A DNA stretch of 64,000 nt from an uncultured Acidimicrobiia bacterium (GTDB lineage: Bacteria > Actinomycetota > Acidimicrobiia > Acidimicrobiales > JACDCH01), in contig CAVRIR010000002.1 of NCBI GenBank assembly GCA_963721305.1, positions 420,067-484,066 of the forward strand, in the 5' to 3' direction. Below, piece after piece: positions 56,168 to 64,000 of this stretch. The notes under the pieces were generated by a model, which worked only from the letters and a program-made list of their open reading frames with translations, made no database searches and was not told where the DNA came from. The translations under genes were made by a program, and so were the position numbers. Numbering within the stretch: position 1 is the first letter of the stretch; every line of letters starts with the position of its first letter.

Positions 56168-57712
56168 TCAGCAGCTGCTCACCGCTTCGTCGAAGCTCTG
56201 CGGTGGCTGGTCTGAGCTCGTCGCCACCTTGTTCACGACGTCGAACGGCACCTTCCCGACGACGCAGTCACCGAACGCGAACGCGTCGTCGACGTTGTCA
56301 CCGGCCTGCATCTTGTCGAGCATCAGATAGGAGCGAACTTCGATCATGGACAGCGCGTCCATGGAGTTGCCGCTGATCTGGATGCCCGAGTCCGACCCCG
56401 GATCGCAGGTCTCGACGAGCAGCTGCGCGCCGTTCTCGGTCACCTTCGCCATGCCCGAAGGCAACGCCGCGACCCACGCATCGAGTGCGTCGTGCATCTC
56501 CGTGCGGTCCGTGTCGGTGTCACCCCGCCACGCGATGCGCATGCACGTCTTTCCTGCTTGCTGGTAGGTGACGTACGCGTCGCCACCCCAACCGTCCGCG
56601 GCCTGCAGCGCCTGTGCCGGCGGGATGCGTTCGGCGAGCATCAGGTACCACGTCGTCGAGCCGAGGTCACCGCTGTCGGACTCGTCCTTCACGCCGTCCG
56701 GCAACGACGGTTTGTCGACCTGCAACGGACCACGATCGTGGATGAACTCAGGAGGATCGGTCTCCTGCTCGTCGTCGACGGGTGGTTGTTCGAACGCGCG
56801 GTCCACGTCGCTCTGGCCACCGTGCTGATCGAGGATCTCTACGAAAGGTGGCCCGTAGATGTACGGCGCCGCCATGAACGCCTGCAGCACGTTGGGCACG
56901 TCCTGTAGCTGCTGCTGCGACTTCTCGACGCTCGCTTCGTTCGATTGCAGGTACTCGGAGCGCTCGCTGTCCGAGAGGCTGTCGACGTACTCGTTCTCGA
57001 TGCGCACCGCATCGCCTTCGACGAGCGCGCGGAACGCGGTGGACTCGCCGGACGTCTTGAACGATTTCTCACGCGACGAACCGATGTCGAAGTGCTGATC
57101 CTGGAGCGCGTGCGTGAGCTCGTGTGCGAGCGTGACCCGCACCTCGACCGTCATGTCGGTGCCGCGTACGGAGACACGTTCGGTGTCGGGGTCGTAGAAC
57201 GCCAGCGTCCCCGAGTCCGCGAGGTCGTTACCGGCCTTGAACAGGTCGACGTCGCCGGTCATGAGCCCGAGCGCGCGCAATTCGCCTTGCTCGTTGTCCA
57301 ACGACTTCTTGTCGTCACTCGTCAACTGGCCGGGGTCGCTGCGAGCGCGCTTCGCGTACTCGTCCGGCGAGAGGAAGTCGACGAACACGGGGTGTTCGAA
57401 CTGGAGTCCCCGATGCTGCTCGTCGAAGTGGACGATGTCGAGGACGCGCGGATCCCACTGGTCCGGATGGGGCGGACCGTGGTGCTTCGGTCGCGTGAGC
57501 ACGAACACACCGGTGGCGAACACGGCGAGGCAGAGCAGCGCGACCCCAGCGGTCACGAAGGGACGATGACGGCGGGGCGGTGGGACAGATGGCGCGGGCG
57601 GCGGCCAGGTCTGCGTGGGCGGCCCGAGCGGCGGTTGCCCTGGGGGCGGCCACGCGCCAGGCACCGGTGGGGTCGGCGCCGATTGCGGCGGCGGAGGTGG
57701 GAAGTACGTCAT
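56168..57712 (-). CDS. Membrane-anchored putative zinc metallopeptidase with a Pro-rich N-terminus
   Basis: AHELTHALQDQHF, ALVEGDA, GWGGD. Confidence 0.8.
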   Translation of the reverse strand: MTYFPPPPPQSAPTPPVPGAWPPPGQPPLGPPTQTWPPPAPSVPPPRRHRPFVTAGVALLCLAVFATGVFVLTRPKHHGPPHPDQWDPRVLDIVHFDEQHRGLQFEHPVFVDFLSPDEYAKRARSDPGQLTSDDKKSLDNEQGELRALGLMTGDVDLFKAGNDLADSGTLAFYDPDTERVSVRGTDMTVEVRVTLAHELTHALQDQHFDIGSSREKSFKTSGESTAFRALVEGDAVRIENEYVDSLSDSERSEYLQSNEASVEKSQQQLQDVPNVLQAFMAAPYIYGPPFVEILDQHGGQSDVDRAFEQPPVDDEQETDPPEFIHDRGPLQVDKPSLPDGVKDESDSGDLGSTTWYLMLAERIPPAQALQAADGWGGDAYVTYQQAGKTCMRIAWRGDTDTDRTEMHDALDAWVAALPSGMAKVTENGAQLLVETCDPGSDSGIQISGNSMDALSMIEVRSYLMLDKMQAGDNVDDAFAFGDCVVGKVPFDVVNKVATSSDQPPQSFDEAVSSC

Positions 57713-57844
57713 CCGGGAGGCGTTGGGGCCCTGACAGGCGGGCCAGGCACCATCGGTAACGAGCCGGCGGTGTTGAGGCTCCAATACTGCCCGTCAAGGA
57801 CGGTGAGGCGGACTGCTACCGTGTCCGCGCCCCCATGGGAGTGA

Positions 57845-57917
57845 GCCCCCATCGTCTAGCGGCCTAGGACACCACCCTTTCAAGGTGGCGGCACGGGTTC
57901 GAATCCCGTTGGGGGTG
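57845..57917 (+). tRNA. tRNA-Glu(UUC)
   Basis: CCACC-CTTTCAA-GGTGG anticodon arm, GGTTCGAATCC. Confidence 0.96.
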
Positions 57918-57937
57918 CAAGTAGACAATGAAGTCCT

Positions 57938-58012
57938 GGTCCCGTGGTGCAGTTTGGAGTGCACGCCGGCCTGTCAAGCCGGAGGCCGCGGGTTCAAATC
58001 CCGTCGGGACCG
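57938..58012 (+). tRNA. tRNA-Asp(GUC)
   Basis: CCGGC-CTGTCAA-GCCGG, GGTTCAAATCC. Confidence 0.96.
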
Positions 58013-58031
58013 CGGGTGGTTCACCCAACTT

Positions 58032-58107
58032 GGTCGGGTAGCTCAGTCGGCAGAGCGTCCGCCTGAAAAGCGGAAGGTCACCGGATCGACGCCGGTCCCG
58101 ACCACCA
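58032..58107 (+). tRNA. tRNA-Phe(GAA)
   Basis: CCGC-CTGAAAA-GCGG; encoded CCA; T-loop ATCGACG. Confidence 0.95.
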
Positions 58108-58209
58108 CATCGAAGCGCAGGTCAGAGCCCACGCGTGATCGTTCCGTCATCTGCTCGATGACTGGAACGCCCAGGCGACGGCTTCCAGGGGCCGAGCAAC
58201 TGATGAAGG

Positions 58210-58593
58210 TCAAGAGCTGAACGCACTCAGGCTCGAGAGCTGGCTCTGGTCGAGCGAGTCGAACCCGGACGTGAAGTCGGATCCTGCGCCGGTCGACGAA
58301 TCGTCCGTCCCGAAGTCGGTGGTGAAGTCGCTCTGGTTGGCCACCTGGCTGTCCGACTGAGCATCCGTCTGGGCATCGGTGCCGTCTACGGTCGGGACGC
58401 CGGCGCTGTTGTCGGACGAGACCTCGGTCCCGAAGTCGGTGCTCTCCGAAGTGGTTTGGCCGGTGTCACTCGTGGGCGCGGACTGGCTGTTGTCACCGCT
58501 GCCGGACGGAATCGTTGCGGATGCGCATGCGCCAGTGGACAAACCGACGGCCAGGACCAGCGCAACGCGCCCGATGAGTGCTCCAACGCGCAT
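58210..58593 (-). CDS. Small acidic Ser/Thr/Asp-rich putative lipoprotein
   Basis: Signal peptide ending TGAC; low-complexity DFGT/SDFT repeats. Confidence 0.6.
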   Translation of the reverse strand: MRVGALIGRVALVLAVGLSTGACASATIPSGSGDNSQSAPTSDTGQTTSESTDFGTEVSSDNSAGVPTVDGTDAQTDAQSDSQVANQSDFTTDFGTDDSSTGAGSDFTSGFDSLDQSQLSSLSAFSS

Positions 58594-58730
58594 CCGGTGC
58601 CCCCACCCTTCGATGACGCGAGCCGCCACCGTAGTGCGCGTCCCACCTACGGCCCGACCGTGGCCGTCCGTCTCCCCTCCGCCGCCCATCCGCAACCCGA
58701 CGGCCGCCCGTCCCGCCCATCCGCCGCCCG

Positions 58731-58840
58731 TCACATTGATGGCTGACCGACCGTTTTGGTGGCTCAGCGCGCCCAGAAGCCGGCGCCGTCCCTTCTGTGA
58801 TGTCCGAGCCACCGATTCGGTGGCTGAAACATCAATGTGA
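58731..58840. repeat. 110-bp multi-hairpin interspersed element, copy 2
   Basis: Same terminal inverted repeats and internal architecture as 7825-7935. Confidence 0.85.
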
Positions 58841-58891
58841 GGGGGGTCGGGTGAGGGGGGGGGTGCGGAGAGGGGGTGCGGGGAGACGACG

Positions 58892-59464
58892 TCAGGAGGG
58901 GGTGCGGCGGCCGAGGACGGCGAGGAGGCGGGTCTGGCTGTCGGCGTCGTCGGGGACGTCGACGTTCGTGCCGAACGCGCCGCTGCCTTGGAGCAGGTCG
59001 AGCTGGGGACGCACGATCTCCCAGCACGTCTCCACCAGCTCCGGGTCCAAGGTCGTGTCCTGCCCGGTGGCGACCGCGAGGTCCCAGCCGTGGATCAACA
59101 CGTCGATGAAGCGATGGCCGGCGTAGATCTCGCCCGGAACCGGACCGTACGACACCGCGACCGGCGTCTCCATCGCGCCAGCGCGAGCGAACGCGTCACC
59201 CGCGGCTGCCGCCGATGCGTCATACGTGCCGCCCGGATCGTCACCGACGACGTCGCCGTCGTAGCGGTCACCGACCTCGGCGATGGTCTTACCCGCGACC
59301 AGTGGCTCGACCCACAGGTTGCCGCTCACCACGTGGTTGAGCAGCGCGCGCACGTCGTAGTCCTCGCACGGCGTCGACTTGTCCATGTCGGCTGCATCGA
59401 TGCCACGCACGATGCGTCCGGTCGCGTCGAGTGCCTTGCGATGCTGCTCCGCGAGATCGCTCAT
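58892..59464 (-). CDS. TIGR03086 / MDMPI (DinB-like) metal-binding protein
   Basis: TPCEDYDVRALLNH, LIHGWDLAVATG, LLAVLGR. Confidence 0.9.
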   Translation of the reverse strand: MSDLAEQHRKALDATGRIVRGIDAADMDKSTPCEDYDVRALLNHVVSGNLWVEPLVAGKTIAEVGDRYDGDVVGDDPGGTYDASAAAAGDAFARAGAMETPVAVSYGPVPGEIYAGHRFIDVLIHGWDLAVATGQDTTLDPELVETCWEIVRPQLDLLQGSGAFGTNVDVPDDADSQTRLLAVLGRRTPS

Positions 59465-60267
59465 CCACCCGCCTCCATCTGCTTCACACGCTCACGAACG
59501 TACTCGCGGCTGCCCTCGATGAATGGGCCGATGTTGGCATACCGCCCCGACACGATGTCGACGAACCACTCGGGCACGTAGATCTCGAACACGTCGGCAT
59601 CGAGCTGCTTGCGTACGGCGTCGGTCAAGGTCTCGACCGGCAACGCCTCGAGATCCGATAGCGACTGCTCGTTGTCCGGCAGATGGAACAGCTCGGTGTC
59701 GATGATGCCGGGGTTCACCAAGTGGATGCGGATGTCGGTGCCGTCGAGGTCGACGGCCAGCGACTCCATGAACGCGCTGATCGCCGCTTTGGTCGCGCTG
59801 TATGCCGCCTCGCGCGGTGGACCGAGCCGAGCCGCAACCGACGAGATCGTGAGGATGCGGCCCGAGCCCCTCGCCACCATGCGCGGCAGCAATGCGAGCG
59901 TGAGGCGTACCGGCGAGAAGTAGTTGATCCGCATGACCTCTTCGACGACGTCGGGCGTCAGGTCGAGCGCATGCCTGCGCTTCGGGATGCCTGCGTTGTT
60001 GACGAGCAGATCGATCCCACCGAGCTCGTCCTCGACCTGTATGGCGAACGCCTCGATGGCGTCGAGCTCGCCGAGGTCGATCGTCCACGAACGCGAATCC
60101 GGCGCGGTCTTCCGGCAGTCGGCCAACACCTCGGCGAGGCGGTCAGACCGCCGCACGCAGATGCCGACGGTCGCGCCCGCGCCGGCGAACGCTCGCGCCA
60201 GGCCGGCACCGATGCCCGAGGACGCACCGGTGATCAGCACCTTCTTGCCGGCGAGGTCGTAAGCCAC
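59461..60267 (-). CDS. SDR family oxidoreductase
   Basis: TGASSGIG, NNAG, YSATK. Confidence 0.92.
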   Translation of the reverse strand: MAYDLAGKKVLITGASSGIGAGLARAFAGAGATVGICVRRSDRLAEVLADCRKTAPDSRSWTIDLGELDAIEAFAIQVEDELGGIDLLVNNAGIPKRRHALDLTPDVVEEVMRINYFSPVRLTLALLPRMVARGSGRILTISSVAARLGPPREAAYSATKAAISAFMESLAVDLDGTDIRIHLVNPGIIDTELFHLPDNEQSLSDLEALPVETLTDAVRKQLDADVFEIYVPEWFVDIVSGRYANIGPFIEGSREYVRERVKQMEAGG

Positions 60268-62176
60268 TCATCCCTCCTTGGGTGCGCCGTGCTCGGACAC
60301 ACAGTGTTCGGGAGCAGGAACGTCGAGCGCGGGATTGCGATCGAAGAAGCCGTACGGCACGAGATGGAAGCCCGCGTACTCGACCGGCATGACCGGCCAG
60401 TCCTCTGGACGGGGGATGTGGGTGACGCCGAACGAGTACCACAGCACGACGTCGGTGCCCACGAGCGATCGATCCGCCGCAGTCCAGCGGGGCAGCCCGT
60501 CTTCGCCGGTCGACTGGTTCGGGTACGGACCGGAGGCTCGGCGCTCGTCGGGCGCGTACGGCGTGACCCACAGGTTCCGTGTGGCGAACGCGGCGCGCCG
60601 GCCGACAGACGACGATGGATCCGCCAGGAGCGTCGGCGTCGAACCGGGGACGAGCTTGTACGCGACCGGCTCGCCGAGGCCGTTGCGCACCGACGGGTTC
60701 ACGATCTTCCACGTGCGGTTGCGCGACGGATCGACGAAGCGCTGCGCGTCGCGCTCCTGCTCGAGCCGCGTCGCGTGCGGCCGGAACGCATTGCCGATCG
60801 GGTTGTCGTCGCCGAGCGGATCGGGGACGACGTCGACCTCGTAGACCTCGTTCACCGGGCCGTCGACATCCATGTCGAGCCGCATGCAGAACATGTGCTG
60901 ATGATGGGGTGCAGCAAGTCCGGGCGCGATGACGTTCGCGTGCGTGGGTGCGGGACCCGACGGGTCGTACGCCATGGTCGACATGATCCCGGTGAGCTTC
61001 ACCTCGAGCTGCAACGAGCCGTCGAGGTAGAAGTACCAGTAGAAGCCGTAGTCGTAGTTGCCGACCGTCGCGATCGAGCTCACCACCAGCCGTCGCGAAC
61101 GTCGCACCTCGGTTGTGCCGCCCTGCATGTCCCAGTGCTTCCACAGGATCCCGTAGTCCTCTTCGTGGATGCACACGGCGTTGGTGATCGCGTACGGGTT
61201 GCCGTGCTCGTCCGAGAAGACGGCGTCGAGATAACGAATCTCTCCCAGGCAGTCGCACCCGAGCGCGAGCGAGTTCGCCATGCGCCCGAGACCCCACTCG
61301 CCTGCGTCGAACGCGTTCTTCCACCCGTGCATCGGACCGGGATCGGCATACGGCACGACCATCTCGCTGATCGCGGCGCGATGCAGGATCGAACGGGTGC
61401 GGCCGTCGTCCTCGTAGCCGACGTCGTGCAGCACGAGGCCCTCGTACGGATCCATGGAGACACGCATCGACCAGCGCTGCCACGAGATCGAGTGGCCATC
61501 GATGGTGAAGCTCGGGCCTTCGGGCTGCACGATCTCGAGGGGGCGTAAGCCGGCGCGGACCGGTTCGTTGTCCGCGAGCAGGTACGAACCCTTGTCGCGA
61601 GGCACCGGTACGACACCGTGGTCCTGCACCTCGAGCACCTCGCTCGTGGCGAGATCGACGAACACCAACACGCCTTCGATGGGCCACGCGTAACCGTTGT
61701 CCGTCGGCTCGTCACGTAGGTACGACGGCACGCGCGTGATGCGGCGGTTCGTCTCGTCCGCGATGCCGAACCGGCCCGCGGGCCACGGATCGAGCTGCAC
61801 CTTGGCGAAGTCCTCGATGCCCGCGCGCGCATGGCTTCCTGCCACTGCTCGTTCGCCTTCACGGCGACGATCGCGTTCAACGACTCCTCGAACAGCAGCG
61901 CTGGGTACACGTCGGTGACTTCGTCGCAGCTCGTCACCGTCTCGTCGGTCAACGACACGACCGACTCGAGCAGTACCGGACCCGGTCCTGGGACCACGGT
62001 GATCGCGGCACGACGTTCCACGTTCGGGTGCTCGAGCTCGTCCTTCGACGGCTCATCGACCACGACGCCGACGCGACGAGCATCGAATCGTCGACCTTGC
62101 CCGCCTTGGTGCGGAGGATCTCGACGGCGCGCGTGATCTCGTCCGCGGTCAGCGGTTCGAGTGGATGGACGGTCAT
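60268..62176 (-). CDS. Copper/TPQ primary amine oxidase; frameshifts near 62075 and 61830
   Basis: MTVHPLEPLT; TVGNYDY TPQ motif, HQH, HIPRPEDWP. Confidence 0.92.
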
Positions 62177-63007
62177 GCCGGAAGCCCCCCTCGCGCCACC
62201 GCGAACTGCCGGTCGGGGTCGTCGCACGGCGGCGGCGCGACCTGGGCGGGCCCGCGGCCGGATCACCGACGAGCGTCTCTGCCCCCGCCGGCGCGTACTG
62301 CAGGATGTACGCCTTGCGCGCCTCGCCTGTCGTGTTCGGACCGGTGAGGTGCGGCGTCAGCGACGAGAACACCACCGCACCGCCGGCGGCAACGGGCGCG
62401 GGCACCGCGCCTGGGCGGGTCGCTGAAGCATTCGAACCCGAGCGGCTCGACGTACGTGTGCGCAAGCGTTCCCAGGCGATGCACACCCGGTGCGACAACG
62501 GGACAGCCGTTGGCTTCGGTGGCGTCGGTGAGCGCGAGCCAGATCGTCAGGTACTGCTGCGGCTCGATGAACGTGTAGCCGTTGTCCTGATGCCACGGGA
62601 ACCGCCGCGGCTTCTCGGGCTTCTTGTAGACGGCCTGATCCCAGTAGAGGTTGACGTCGGGGCCGAGCAGATCCGTGCACCAGCGCGGTGATCGCCGGCG
62701 AGCCGGCCACGTCACGAAGCACGGCCGACCGCGCCGCGAGGTGGACTGCGAACGTGAGCGCGCCGGCTTCGGCGATCGTGTGCCGCTCGTCGGGCTGCTG
62801 GCGCAGGAAAGCTTCAACCTCGGCCTCGCGGCGGTCGATCTCTTCGGTGATGGCAGCCAGCGTGCCGTCGTCGACGACGCGATCGACGACGAACCAACCC
62901 TAGCGGTCGAACTGCGAAGCGTCGGCTTCGCTGACCCGAATGAACGGCGGCTGCGGGCTCTGCCAGGTGAACGACGTGTTCCACGGGTGCGGCACCGGCT
63001 CCCCCAC
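62173..63007 (-). pseudogene. Phytanoyl-CoA dioxygenase (PhyH) family gene, disrupted as sequenced
   Basis: WHQDNGY, WLALTDA..NGC, TPHLTGPN; in-frame TAG at 62900-62902 plus frameshifts (error or real). Confidence 0.8.
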
Positions 63008-63124
63008 GAACTGAGAGAGTAGAGGCGTCATGGATCCCCGGCAGCAGGAACCTCCGCGCTCACGTGACGAGAGTCACGTCCCCCTGCTTCGACAATCGGC
63101 CACCGGACCCGACAGCATCTCGTC

Positions 63125-64000
63125 GTGCTGAAGCGCACCGCGGACATCTGCTACCGCCACCGGTGGCGGGTTCTCATCGCCTGGATCGTGCTGCTCGTCT
63201 CGCTGAACGTGGTTGGGCGCGATCGGCTCCGATTTCAGCCAGACGTTCCACCTCCCGAACACGGACTCGCAGAAGCGTCCGATCTCCTCGATCGCAACTT
63301 CCCGGCCCGGGCGGGCGAAACGGCGTCCGTCGTGTTCAAGGGAAACCCCTCACTCGACGACCCCGCCGTGCGGGCGCAGATCGACCAGACGCTGAACCAG
63401 CTCCGGCAGGTCCCGCGGGTCATCGCCGTCCGGTCGCCGTTCGACCAAGGCAACGGTCATCAGGTCTCGGCGACCAAGCCGATCGCGTACGCCGAGATCC
63501 AGTTCGGCGGCAAGACGGGAGACCATCTTCCCGATTCCGTCCGCAACCAGGTCGAGGACATCGTCTCCGCCGCCGACTCGCCGAACGTCCAAGCCGAGGC
63601 TCTGCCGGTGACTTCCAGCAGGGCAAACCGCCCGGCACGTTCACGCTCGGCCTCCTCGCCGCGATCATCATCCTGATGGTCGTGTTCGCTCGGTCCTCGC
63701 GATGGGCCTGCCGATCATCAACGCGCTCTTCGGGCTCGGTGTCGGGCTCGCGGCGATCTCCCTGGTCAGCAACCTCATGTCGGTGCCCGAGTTCTCGACG
63801 CAGCTCGCCGAGATGATCGGCATCGGTGTCGGCATCGATTACGCGCTCTTCATCGTCGCCCGCTACCGGCAGGGCATCCACGCGGGCATCGACCCCAACG
63901 CGCCGTGACCAACGCGGTGTCGACGTCGGGCAAGGCGGTCTTCTTCGCCGGTTGCACGGTCATCATCTCGCTCGCCGGCATGTACCTCGTCGGCATCGAG
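63125..64000 (+). CDS. MMPL family transporter, 5' part with multiple frameshifts
   Basis: RHRWRVLIAW, MGLPIINAL, GVGIDYALFIVARYR. Confidence 0.85.

Overview
High-GC Actinomycetota chromosomal window (mshA, whiB7/wblC, rex-hem operon, F420-type PPOX, clpS-DUF2017). Acidimicrobiia is my inference from gene content, not a database result. The region is mostly core genome: heme biosynthesis (rex-cysG'-hemA-hemC-cobA/hemD-hemB), proC, mshA, sodA, dut, orn, pdxH, serS, a fluc pair, an osmoprotectant ABC transporter, a caa3-type cytochrome c oxidase cluster, four tRNAs, an amine-oxidase operon and two MMPL genes. I see no prophage, transposase, integrase or CRISPR array. Many single-base frameshifts, densest at the right end, look like long-read errors. 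The most notable signals are: (1) a second, apparently catalytically dead oxidase module (subunit I', III' and an accessory membrane protein) inside the cox operon, in which subunit I' keeps only the two low-spin heme His ligands; (2) a 3x89-bp tandem repeat forming an unbroken chain of translationally coupled mini-ORFs from mshA to the next gene; (3) a full uORF/antiterminator/terminator leader ahead of whiB7; (4) two copies of a 110-bp multi-hairpin element with 10-bp terminal inverted repeats; (5) a circularly permuted osmoprotectant-binding protein; (6) candidate structured RNAs, an unannotated 29-aa membrane protein and an RsiG-like remnant.
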